Positions 7,919 to 17,229 of a DNA stretch of 38,395 nt are shown here, one piece after another (the first letter of the stretch is position 1; each line of letters opens with the position of its first letter). This stretch comes from an uncultured Thermoplasmata archaeon (GTDB taxonomy: Archaea > Thermoplasmatota > Thermoplasmata > Halarchaeoplasmatales > Halarchaeoplasmataceae), in contig CAYNQI010000010.1 in assembly GCA_964399335.1 (NCBI GenBank), positions 1 through 38,395 of the forward strand, in the 5' to 3' direction. Both the position numbers and the translations under genes were made by a program. The notes beneath the pieces were generated by a model that worked only from the letters and a program-made list of their open reading frames with translations, did not search any database and was not told the origin of the DNA.

Positions 7919-8645
7919 ATTTATCAACCAGAACTGGTCCAAATATTATATACAATACACAAACAAATAAAGTTATCCATATAAATAAATTGCCGATTTG
8001 TTTACCCCATCTAATAAAAATAAATCCTAACAATGATATTGTCAAAAATATCAAACCTATAGCTTTCCTTTTACCACCCCTTAGTTTTGGATATGGCATA
8101 TTACTGTAAAGGAGAAGAGATATTAACATTATAACAAATAAGGGTATATAAGTTGAAACATCGTAGATCTGACCCCAACCTAAAATGTATGAAATACATA
8201 GTACTAAAAGAGTAAATAGTGGTGTTGGTAGCCCTGTGTAGATCTGATCTTCACTTTGTAGATCTACAAATCTAGATAATCGTAATACACCAAAAAAAAC
8301 CACCATCATCGGGACAAATGTCGCCAATGCATTAATTGGAGACTCCCATGCCCTTCCCAAAGAAATGTCATAATATGAAGAATATACTAGCATGGCAGGG
8401 GCAAAGCTAAATGAGAGGGTATCAGAAACCATGTCTAGATATGAACCTAATTTATGTACCATATCAAATTTTCTTGCTATGTAACCATCTAAACCATCTA
8501 TTCCGATACAAATTATCAGTATTGTGGAAGCTAAATGAAATTTCATATCAATAATATATGTAATTGCTAAAAAACCTAATAGTCCATTAGATAGGGTGAT
8601 GTAATCCGGTATATTCATTGACGTTAGCGTTTCTTTAATCTTCAT
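7890..8645 (-). CDS. pssA: CDP-alcohol phosphatidyltransferase (archaetidylserine/phosphatidylserine synthase)
   Basis: DGLDGYIARK...GSYLDMVSD motif, RLSRF, YTGLPTP. Follows psd. Confidence 0.9.
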   Translation of the reverse strand: MKIKETLTSMNIPDYITLSNGLLGFLAITYIIDMKFHLASTILIICIGIDGLDGYIARKFDMVHKLGSYLDMVSDTLSFSFAPAMLVYSSYYDISLGRAWESPINALATFVPMMVVFFGVLRLSRFVDLQSEDQIYTGLPTPLFTLLVLCISYILGWGQIYDVSTYIPLFVIMLISLLLYSNMPYPKLRGGKRKAIGLIFLTISLLGFIFIRWGKQIGNLFIWITLFVCVLYIIFGPVLVDKYDHEKRRNS

Positions 8646-9243
8646 TCCAAACACCTATTGTAGTTTCACTAGCTTTAACTTTATTACCTTTTTTAACAAT
8701 TATATTAACTCTATTTGGAAGGTCCAATCTAACCCTTGAACCGAAACGGATCAATCCTATACGCTCTCCTTTTTTTAACTCATCACCTTTTTTAATATAT
8801 GGGACAATTCTTCTAGCTAAAAATCCCGTTATTTGATGTATCTTGATAGTTCCGTAATCGGTCACTAAGGTTATTACGTGTTTAAAATTCTTCTCAGATT
8901 TTTCTGAAAAAGCTGGTTTAAATTCCCCATCGATTCTTTTTGTATCATTTACCTTTCCTGAATAGGGAGATCTGTTAACATGAACATCTGTGACATTCAT
9001 GAAAATATCTATCCTATTATTTTCCTTATCCACTAACATAACTTTTCCATCAGCAGGAGAAACTATACCTTTTGCAGTAGTTCGATTTGGATCTCTAAAA
9101 AAGAGTATAACAATTAAAGATAAAATTAAGAAAAAGATAGTAAAATAAATGAAATGATGCCTTAAATGATATCCTAGAATCGCTGTAATGATAACTGGAA
9201 TAAATGAAAGAGATATTGGTTTTAAAGATCCTTTTGCTAACAT
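8635..9243 (-). CDS. psd: Phosphatidylserine/archaetidylserine decarboxylase proenzyme
   Basis: FFRDPNR, SPADGKV, IFMNVTDVHVNRSP, and the self-cleavage motif RFGSRV. Confidence 0.93.
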   Translation of the reverse strand: MLAKGSLKPISLSFIPVIITAILGYHLRHHFIYFTIFFLILSLIVILFFRDPNRTTAKGIVSPADGKVMLVDKENNRIDIFMNVTDVHVNRSPYSGKVNDTKRIDGEFKPAFSEKSEKNFKHVITLVTDYGTIKIHQITGFLARRIVPYIKKGDELKKGERIGLIRFGSRVRLDLPNRVNIIVKKGNKVKASETTIGVWNED

Positions 9244-9296
9244 AGGTGATTAAAATAAATAGAATGAAGGGGTAAATGTTTTTTGCTATATATCTA

Positions 9297-10433
9297 CTAA
9301 TTAACCATGTCTATGCCATCTCCAGAACCGAGCATAGATTTATGGGCTAATTGATCGGATTCTGAATGAACATTGGTGATTACTAGTAATATTTTCATTG
9401 TATTCTTTAGATCTTCCTCAACGTTACATCCCCAGATAATCCTAGCGTCGCCCGAAATCTTTTCGTTTACAAGATCGGCAGCTCTCTCTGCTTCGGTTAC
9501 TGTCATGTCTGGTCCACCTGTGACTCTTATTAAAGCACCATTTGCATCGCTCAAATCAATCTCACCTAACAGTGGTGAACCAATAGCTTGATTAACCGCG
9601 TCGTCGACTCTATTGTTTGGATCGTCAGAGTCTCCAATTCCAATCATGGCCACACCACCGTCATCCATTATTGTTCTGACATCGTTATAATCCAAATTCA
9701 CTAGGCCTGGTTTTGTAATTATCTCGGTCATCCCTTTAATAGATTCCATCAATATTTCGTCTGCTACTTTGAATGCGGCGTTAAGAGAGAGATTAGGTAC
9801 TAATTCCAATAATTTGTCATTGGGTATAATAACTGTAGTATCACAATATCTTTCTAATTTAGAAAGTCCTTTTTTAGCGTTCTTCATCCTTTCTTTACCT
9901 TCACCTTCGAAAGGCAACGTGACTATTCCCATCACTAGTGCTTCTTCCTCTTTAGCTAGTTCTGCTACAACAGGAGCGACACCAGTACCGGTGCCTCCAC
10001 CCATTCCAGCTGTGATAAATACGATATCTGCTCCTTCCATATGTTTTTTTAAATCTTCTTTTGACTCTCTAGCAGATTCTTCACCTATTTCAGGTCTAGC
10101 ACCTGCACCCAGACCCCTAGTAGTGTTTTTACCTATCAAAACCTTTTTCTGAGCATGAGTGTGAAGTAGATGTTTTGCATCGGTATTGCATGCGATCAAT
10201 TCGGCTCCGCTGATTCCTTCTTGTGTCAGACGATCTAAAGTATTGCATCCTCCTCCTCCACAACCGAATATTCTGATTTTGACTTCAAGAGTTTCTAATA
10301 AGTTCCGAAGTTCTTCATCTTCTGGAGCTTCTTCGATCTTTTCTTTATCAACATCATCTAATGTTTTACCTCGAGGTTTTTCTCTTTCATCCTTCTCGTG
10401 CTTATTTAAAGCCTGATTTATTATTGACTCCAT
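9297..10433 (-). CDS. ftsZ: Cell division protein FtsZ (FtsZ1-like PGLVNLD signature)
   Basis: GCGGGGCN, tubulin signature GMGGGTGTG, T7 loop PGLVNLDYNDV. Probable start MESII at 10433. Confidence 0.97.
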   Translation of the reverse strand: MESIINQALNKHEKDEREKPRGKTLDDVDKEKIEEAPEDEELRNLLETLEVKIRIFGCGGGGCNTLDRLTQEGISGAELIACNTDAKHLLHTHAQKKVLIGKNTTRGLGAGARPEIGEESARESKEDLKKHMEGADIVFITAGMGGGTGTGVAPVVAELAKEEEALVMGIVTLPFEGEGKERMKNAKKGLSKLERYCDTTVIIPNDKLLELVPNLSLNAAFKVADEILMESIKGMTEIITKPGLVNLDYNDVRTIMDDGGVAMIGIGDSDDPNNRVDDAVNQAIGSPLLGEIDLSDANGALIRVTGGPDMTVTEAERAADLVNEKISGDARIIWGCNVEEDLKNTMKILLVITNVHSESDQLAHKSMLGSGDGIDMVN

Positions 10434-10672
10434 ATAGGATCCCGTCCATTTCGTTGGTAGATGGAACTTATTATAACTATTTAAATCATTTGGAAAACTC
10501 GCCAAAAATCCATAAAATATCATTTCTTCTGTCAGAAATATTTTTTAAAAATTAAATTTAATTAATCATAGTCATACGATTATTTGATAATTGTCTGACA
10601 AATTATGTCTTTCGAATACCATGAAACCACATAAGACTTTTATTTAATGATAGTCTACATCTCATAGATATT

Positions 10673-11593
10673 ATGGTAAAAAAGAAAGTAGTTGACTTCA
10701 ATTTAAATGCGGATACAACGGTTTCTGACCTAGTAGATCAATATCATAGTTCAGGGGGCTTTGTAGCTAAAAAAGTCGGTATTGCCGTAGATGTATTAGA
10801 TAAGATGTTCAATGAAGACTGTATAAAATTTCTTTCTTTTCCTGCATGTATCATTTCTACAGGAACTAGGGGGGTAATTAAAGATTCTATCAAAAACGAC
10901 TTATTTGACGTAATAATTACAACCTGTGGAACTCTAGATCATGACCTTGCTAGGGTTTGGGAGGATTATTATCATGGTAGCTTTTCAGTGGATGACAGAG
11001 AACTGCATAAAGAAGGTGTAAACAGGCTGGGTAATATCTTCATCCCTAACTCATCCTATGGAGAAGTTCTTGAACGGAAGATGCAGCCTTTACTCAAAGA
11101 AATAGTTGACGAATGTGGGCCAAAACTTAGCAGTAGAGAGATAATTTATCAGTTTGGTAAGAGAATAGATGACGAAAATTCTATATTACACTGGGCGGCA
11201 AAAAAAGATATTCCAATATATGTTCCTGGGATTACTGATGGTGCTTTTGGGTCTCAACTATGGATGTACTGGCAAAACGACAAGGAATTTAGCATCGATA
11301 TGATGAAAGACCAGCAGGAATTATCAGATATAGTGTTTCCAGCTGAGAAAACCGGAGCTTTGATGGTAGGTGGAGGTATTTCAAAACATCACACTATATG
11401 GTGGAATCAGTTCAGAGGGGGGTTAGAGTATGCTGTTTACGTTACTACGGCTGTAGAATATGACGGCTCTCTCTCCGGTGCAAGGATAAGGGAAGCAGTC
11501 TCTTGGGGTAAAGTTAGAGAGGATGCAGACTACATAACAGTTGAAGGAGATGCTACGGCTTTATTACCTTTGATTATGGGAAAATTTTTCTAA
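10673..11593 (+). CDS. dys: Deoxyhypusine synthase
   Basis: GGGISKHH, YDGSLSGARIREAVSWGKV, EGDATALLP. Confidence 0.95.
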   Translation: MVKKKVVDFNLNADTTVSDLVDQYHSSGGFVAKKVGIAVDVLDKMFNEDCIKFLSFPACIISTGTRGVIKDSIKNDLFDVIITTCGTLDHDLARVWEDYYHGSFSVDDRELHKEGVNRLGNIFIPNSSYGEVLERKMQPLLKEIVDECGPKLSSREIIYQFGKRIDDENSILHWAAKKDIPIYVPGITDGAFGSQLWMYWQNDKEFSIDMMKDQQELSDIVFPAEKTGALMVGGGISKHHTIWWNQFRGGLEYAVYVTTAVEYDGSLSGARIREAVSWGKVREDADYITVEGDATALLPLIMGKFF

Positions 11594-11597
11594 AGAC

Positions 11598-12164
11598 TCA
11601 TTTATTTTCTAATATTTTTTTGATCTCCTGAGCGGTTTCATCTATCGGTCTATTTGTATCAACTATATGCCATTCTCCATCTATTAAAGAAAATATTTTT
11701 CTTCTTATCTTACAGATGTCTTGGAAATTTTCGAATACCTCTCTATTTTCTCTATGATTTAATCTCTCCATAGCATTTGTTGGATTAACGTCTAAAAAAA
11801 ACATGTAATCCGAAGTAGGCAATACCTTTTTGAAAACTCTATAACTTATCTTAGAGAATGGAGTAGGGAGATAAGCGGTTCCCATCAAATACCTAACTAT
11901 GATCAGTACATCGATTTCTTTATGATCGTAATATTTATTCAAGGATCTGAATACATCAAAAGCATAAAATACTGAGGCTTTTAACTTATTGACGATCCCA
12001 TCTTGTAAAAGAGCCTCCTTGGCCAACTTACCGAATAAATTATCATCTTCAGGATGGGAACGTATCTCTACCTTTTTATTTTTTCCATCTAATATCTCTT
12101 TTAACTTTAATGCATGTGTATCTTTACCTGAAGCATCACATCCATCTATTATTATGAGTTTCAT
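11598..12164 (-). CDS. tmk: Thymidylate kinase-like nucleotide kinase
   Basis: P-loop DGCDASGKDT, SHP, RYLMGTAY, FFLDV, RENREVFEN. Confidence 0.8.
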   Translation of the reverse strand: MKLIIIDGCDASGKDTHALKLKEILDGKNKKVEIRSHPEDDNLFGKLAKEALLQDGIVNKLKASVFYAFDVFRSLNKYYDHKEIDVLIIVRYLMGTAYLPTPFSKISYRVFKKVLPTSDYMFFLDVNPTNAMERLNHRENREVFENFQDICKIRRKIFSLIDGEWHIVDTNRPIDETAQEIKKILENK

Positions 12165-12258
12165 GATGTCACCCTTAAGTTATTGATAGTGGGTTTTCAT
12201 ACAATTTCTCAATATATTAAATATTAGAGGTCTATTTGTATTTATCTAAAATTAAAAG

Positions 12259-13122
12259 TTATGTTAAAGACCCTATTAAAAAAGCGATGAGTCCTAACAT
12301 CATCGCTATAAGTGTTAGTTTCCTGAAAAGTTTTACTCGCGGATCAGTTTTTAGTATCATTGATGTTGTCATCGAGATAAATAATATGTTTGCAATTGAT
12401 ACTGAAGCTAGATAAAAATAATTTTCAAAGAATGATGGATCAATATTTATAAAAAAAGGAACTAGACTCATAGAAACAGCACCGATAAAAAAAACTCCTG
12501 AAACCAAGAAGGAATTTTGTTCTCCAATATACATGGGTAGTGATTTTACTTTTTCTTTTTTATCACCCTCTTGATCCATAATATCTTTTAATACCTCACG
12601 TCCAACACCAGAAAGGAAAGCCATTGATGCAAGTATCCATATTATAGTTGGTATATTTGGTGAGAATGCAACACCTCCAAATAGAAATGGTATTGCCATA
12701 GTATATGCGATATAATAGTTACTTACAAGTTTGATTTTTTTAAGTTTTATATCGTATAATAAAGCAAATATACCGGTAATTAAGGCGATAATAAAGCACG
12801 CATAATTGACAAAATATGCAGTTATAATTCCCAAGGGAAAGAAAATGAAGGTTACTAAAAGTGCGGTCGTAGGTGCTATATCACCTCTCACTAAAGGCCG
12901 ATCTGTTCTTTTATTCTTTTTATCTATCGAATAATCAAAGTAATCATTTAATGCAAAAGTGCTGATCTCCAAAAAAACGGCTGTCAATATAGCTAATGTT
13001 AGTTTCAAAAAGTCATGAGGGATACTTTTCTCAGCAATCACAGCTCCTATAAAAACAGCTGCAACTAACATCATACCGTGGTCTAGTCTAATAAGATCCC
13101 ATATGCCCTTTATTTTACGCAT
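12259..13122 (-). CDS. UbiA-family prenyltransferase, probable digeranylgeranylglyceryl phosphate synthase
   Basis: NDYFDYSIDKKNKRTDRPL, GREVLKDIMDQEGD, multiple TM helices. Start is ATG 13122 or GTG 13131. Confidence 0.85.
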   Translation of the reverse strand: MRKIKGIWDLIRLDHGMMLVAAVFIGAVIAEKSIPHDFLKLTLAILTAVFLEISTFALNDYFDYSIDKKNKRTDRPLVRGDIAPTTALLVTFIFFPLGIITAYFVNYACFIIALITGIFALLYDIKLKKIKLVSNYYIAYTMAIPFLFGGVAFSPNIPTIIWILASMAFLSGVGREVLKDIMDQEGDKKEKVKSLPMYIGEQNSFLVSGVFFIGAVSMSLVPFFINIDPSFFENYFYLASVSIANILFISMTTSMILKTDPRVKLFRKLTLIAMMLGLIAFLIGSLT

Positions 13123-13195
13123 AAGTTTCACATCTGCAGTATGGTCGTACTGGTCGTACTGTAAGTGGATTTCGTGTCAAACATAAAACCTTGAG

Positions 13196-13669
13196 TCATA
13201 TGACATTTTCTGATATCTCTTCGTCTTTCATCTCTCTTTCACAGTATATACATTTCAATGTAACAGGTTCTTCTCCGATTACATCAAACTCTGGTTCAAT
13301 TGGTTCGTTTTGATTTGTGATACAAGTATTATTTATGCAATTGACGATCCCTTTCACTTTGTCAGGTAATTTTACCTGATGCTTTTTTACAACTTCAAAA
13401 TCTCGGATAATATTAACAGTAGCCCTGGGAGAGATCAATGATATTTTATCTAATTCTTCACTCTCAAGTTCCATATTCTCAACTTTGACTATGTCTTTTT
13501 GTCCATAACTGCTGTTTACATTCATAGCGATACTAACGATACTGTCCATCTTTTTATCCATGACACCAATTATCCTGAGGACTTTCATTGCATGACCTTG
13601 TTTTATATGATCTATAACAGTCCCCATCTCTATTGGGGTTATCTTGATCTTCTTTTTTTTCTTATTCAT
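13196..13669 (-). CDS. pyrI: Aspartate carbamoyltransferase regulatory subunit
   Basis: GTVIDHI, KDIVKVE, CINNTCITN...CIYCE Zn site. Confidence 0.96.
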   Translation of the reverse strand: MNKKKKKIKITPIEMGTVIDHIKQGHAMKVLRIIGVMDKKMDSIVSIAMNVNSSYGQKDIVKVENMELESEELDKISLISPRATVNIIRDFEVVKKHQVKLPDKVKGIVNCINNTCITNQNEPIEPEFDVIGEEPVTLKCIYCEREMKDEEISENVI

Positions 13670-14600
13670 CGTATCCCTCCGCAAGTAATTTTAGTAAAGC
13701 CATTCGTATAGGGACCCCGTTTGCAGCCTGCTCAAAATACTTTGCATACTTTGTTTCATCGACATCTGCGGATATCTCATCAACTCTTGGTAAAGGATGC
13801 ATAATGACTAGTTTTTCATCTACATCTCCTAGCATATCTTTTTTAATCTTATAAGAGTCCGCGACCTCTAGATATTCTTCCTCACTAGGAAATCTTTCTC
13901 TTTGTATCCTTGTCATATAAAGTACATCAAGGTCTGGAAGTACTTTTTTGATATCTTCTTCCTTTTGGTAATCTATCCCCATCTTATCTATTTCTTTTAT
14001 TATTTCCTCGGGAATTTGCAAAGATGAGGGGGCGATAAAAGTGAGGTCACATCCATACATAGATAATGCATGTGTGAGAGAGTGAACCGTTCTACCGTAT
14101 TTTAGATCACCAGCGATACCTATTTTTTTGTTCTTTATATCTCCCTTTTCTTCCCTTATAGTAAATAGGTCTAGCAAAGTTTGAGTGGGATGTTGACCAG
14201 CTCCATCACCGGCATTTAATATAGGTTTCTTTGAGAATTTAGCAGCTAGTCTAGCAGCACCTTCTTGAGGATGTCTTAAAACGATTATATCTACATAACT
14301 AGATATTACCTTGATGGTATCTGCTAAAGTCTCCCCTTTTTTAACCGATGATGTCCCAGCTCTAGCGAACCCAATACATGAACCTCCTAATCTCTTCATG
14401 GCGCTTTCAAAGGAAAGTCGAGTTCTAGTACTAGGTTCGAAGAATAAAGTGCCGAGTATTTTACCGTTCAGGGACTTGTCAATATCGTTACCTATTGTGA
14501 TATCTTTCATGTCTTCAGCTATATCAAGTATACTGTTGATTTCATCTATTGTGAAATCCTTGATGGAAACTACGTGTTTTTTTTCGAATTTGGAAACCAT
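13662..14600 (-). CDS. pyrB: Aspartate carbamoyltransferase catalytic subunit
   Basis: FFEPSTRTRLSFE, NAGDGAGQHPTQ, HPLPR. Probable start MVSKF at 14600. Confidence 0.97.
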   Translation of the reverse strand: MVSKFEKKHVVSIKDFTIDEINSILDIAEDMKDITIGNDIDKSLNGKILGTLFFEPSTRTRLSFESAMKRLGGSCIGFARAGTSSVKKGETLADTIKVISSYVDIIVLRHPQEGAARLAAKFSKKPILNAGDGAGQHPTQTLLDLFTIREEKGDIKNKKIGIAGDLKYGRTVHSLTHALSMYGCDLTFIAPSSLQIPEEIIKEIDKMGIDYQKEEDIKKVLPDLDVLYMTRIQRERFPSEEEYLEVADSYKIKKDMLGDVDEKLVIMHPLPRVDEISADVDETKYAKYFEQAANGVPIRMALLKLLAEGYDE

Positions 14601-14708
14601 ATTTCTCAATACGTTATAATAACAGACCAATATATGATTTTGGATAAGTCAATAATTATCACATTTGATTTATAAAGATTAAAAACAATTTTTAGCTGAT
14701 AGTTTTAT

Positions 14709-15578
14709 CTATAAAAGACCTGCTTTTTGAAGTGTCATGATATCTTCGGTACCGAGTTTTTGACCTTTTTTGAATTGCTCGTAAAGTTTCTCGGCTTCTT
14801 CTTTTGTGTCTTTTTCTTCTTTTCTTTTCTTTTGCATCCTTTCTTTTTTCTGAAGTCCAGAAATGATTTTATTATAATCTTGAACTTCATTCACAGCATC
14901 TATATGTTTTTGATGATATTCATCCGCTTTTACCTTAGCTTTTACAAATTCAGCTTGAGCTTCATCAGCTTTTTCTCTGATTTCATCGGCTTCATTGAAT
15001 ATTTCGATCATTTTGTCATGCTTTTTCTGAGCTTTGTCTGCTTTATTCGACAACTCATCATGGTATTTCTCAGCTTCCTCTTTAGCTTTGTCAAGTTTTT
15101 CTGATAATTCCTTTAGTTCTTCGTTTTCGTTGAGTAATCGTTCTCTTTCCTTAACTTTTCCTTTCAAAGAAGAAATTTGATCTACAAGTTCCTTTTCTTT
15201 ATCTGTGGAAAGAACATTTGTCATCTGTTTGTATTCAAGCTTCTCAATCTTTTTATTCAACTCTTCGATTGAATTTCCATCTTTTGGTAATATCTCCTTT
15301 TTCTTTCTTTTTAGTTTATTGGATAGCTTTCTAACTTTTTTGTTGAGTTCGTTTCTCTTACTTTTAGCTTCTTTTACATCTTCGTTGAGTGTATTTCTTT
15401 TTTCCTTCAGTTCGTTTCCTTCTTCTATAAGCTCCTTAACCTTAGAATTGAGTTCATCTCTTTTTTGGACCCATTTTTTTGCCTCTTGATTCTTGTCATT
15501 CCTAAGGCGCTTATATTTCTCAGCCTGGGAATTGGCCCTTTTCCTTTTTTCTTCCAATTCCTTTAGAAGTTCAGTCAT
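14709..15578 (-). CDS. Archaeal long coiled-coil protein (COG1340-like)
   Basis: Continuous heptad-rich K/E sequence, ADEYH, and C-terminal FKKGQKLGTEDIMTLQK typical of this family. Confidence 0.8.
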   Translation of the reverse strand: MTELLKELEEKRKRANSQAEKYKRLRNDKNQEAKKWVQKRDELNSKVKELIEEGNELKEKRNTLNEDVKEAKSKRNELNKKVRKLSNKLKRKKKEILPKDGNSIEELNKKIEKLEYKQMTNVLSTDKEKELVDQISSLKGKVKERERLLNENEELKELSEKLDKAKEEAEKYHDELSNKADKAQKKHDKMIEIFNEADEIREKADEAQAEFVKAKVKADEYHQKHIDAVNEVQDYNKIISGLQKKERMQKKRKEEKDTKEEAEKLYEQFKKGQKLGTEDIMTLQKAGLL

Positions 15579-15751
15579 GTTTTCAGCACTATCCAGTGTT
15601 TTATAATTTAATCAAGCATTCTATTCAATATGCGACCCCTTTATAACACTTTCGGAACTATCCTCATAAAATCATAATATTTTTGAAAGCCATAATCTTC
15701 GTTTGAATTTTTAAGACTGTATGGAGACGCAAACGTAATATAATACTTCTA

Positions 15752-17197
15752 ATGTTTATGCCCTTGGTTGGTAAAATGGAAGAAGAAAAATCTACTCTGG
15801 AAGATGAACTCACATTCTCTATACCTAATGCCTGGGAACAGTCTGATAAAGAAACCGAATCGAAGATAACGGAATTCGCTGAGAAATATAAAGTTTTTAT
15901 ATCAGAATCAAAAACTGAAAGGGAAGCCGTAGACAATACAATCGATTTACTGAGAGAAAATGGATTTGTATCGATAGACGATTGTGAAAAATTAGAGCAA
16001 GGAGATAAGGCCTACATCGTTAATAAAAACAAAGCTATAGCTATTGTGATTATCGGTAAAAATAATATCACAGATGGTTGTCAAATACTCACAAGCCATA
16101 TAGATGCTCCGAGGTTAGATCTTAAAGCAAGACCTATTTACGAGGACAAAGATGCTTCTTTGGCACTTTTCAATACACACTATTATGGAGGTATTAAGAA
16201 ATATCAATGGGTAAGTACACCCTTGGCTATCCATGGTAAGGTAGTCAAAGAAGATGGAGACATGATAGATGTAACCATAGGTGAAGACCCAAACGATCCC
16301 GTTTTTGCAGTTAGTGATTTACTACCCCATCTTTCAAAGAAAAAGCAATCTGAAAGGAAGATGAAAGATGTCATCAAAGGAGAAGAATTGAATGTAATCA
16401 TTGGAGGTAAACCTATAGATGATGATGATATAGACGAGAAGGTCAAGATCAATGTGTTGAAGATATTAAATGATAAATATGATATCAAAGAAGAAGATTT
16501 TACTAGTGCTGAGATAGAGATAGTTCCAGCTGGCCCAGCAAGAGATCTTGGCTTTGATAAAAGTATGGTTGGGGGATATGGTCATGACGACAGAGTATGT
16601 GCCTTTACCAGCTTGATGGCCGGACTCAACATAGAAACTCCCTCAAAAACTAGTTTGATTTTGATATACGACAAAGAGGAGATAGGCAGTGAAGGTAATA
16701 CTGGTGCCAATTCTAGATTTACACAATCAGCATTCCAGCAGATCCTCGCAAAAACTTTAGGGGATTATTCTATGGAGGATTTCAGAAATATCATGGAAAA
16801 CAGTAAAGGAATTTCTGGAGACGTTAATCCTGGTGTTAATCCATCCTTTAAGAGTGTTCATGACCTCCAAAACGCGGGTAAAATGGGTCAAGGAATTGTT
16901 ATAACCAAGTACACTGGTGCTGGTGGTAAATACAGTGCAAATGATGCCCATGCAGAATTTGTCTCTTACATAAGACGTGTTTTTAATGGGAACGATGTAT
17001 GCTGGCAGACGGCTGAGCTGGGAAAAGTCGATGAAGGAGGAGGTGGCACAGTAGCCAAATTCCTGGCAAACTTAAACTTAGATATAATCGATGCCGGTCC
17101 ACCACTTTTAGGAATGCATTCCCCATTCGAGATAATATCAAAAGTGGATGTATATCACACCTACAAAGCCTATAAGGCATTTTTAGAAGCAGAATAG
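15752..17197 (+). CDS. M18 family aminopeptidase (ApeA-like)
   Basis: SHIDAPRLDLK, YYGGIKKYQW, GHDDRVC, DKEEIGS, GMHSPFE. Start may be ATG 15776. Confidence 0.93.
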   Translation: MFMPLVGKMEEEKSTLEDELTFSIPNAWEQSDKETESKITEFAEKYKVFISESKTEREAVDNTIDLLRENGFVSIDDCEKLEQGDKAYIVNKNKAIAIVIIGKNNITDGCQILTSHIDAPRLDLKARPIYEDKDASLALFNTHYYGGIKKYQWVSTPLAIHGKVVKEDGDMIDVTIGEDPNDPVFAVSDLLPHLSKKKQSERKMKDVIKGEELNVIIGGKPIDDDDIDEKVKINVLKILNDKYDIKEEDFTSAEIEIVPAGPARDLGFDKSMVGGYGHDDRVCAFTSLMAGLNIETPSKTSLILIYDKEEIGSEGNTGANSRFTQSAFQQILAKTLGDYSMEDFRNIMENSKGISGDVNPGVNPSFKSVHDLQNAGKMGQGIVITKYTGAGGKYSANDAHAEFVSYIRRVFNGNDVCWQTAELGKVDEGGGGTVAKFLANLNLDIIDAGPPLLGMHSPFEIISKVDVYHTYKAYKAFLEAE

Positions 17198-17229
17198 TTT
17201 CTAATATCAAAACCCTTCCCTTTTAATCA

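Noticed and set aside
14709-15578. Repetitive K/E sequence as a DNA repeat or mobile element
   Set aside because: It reflects coiled-coil heptads, not nucleotide repeats.
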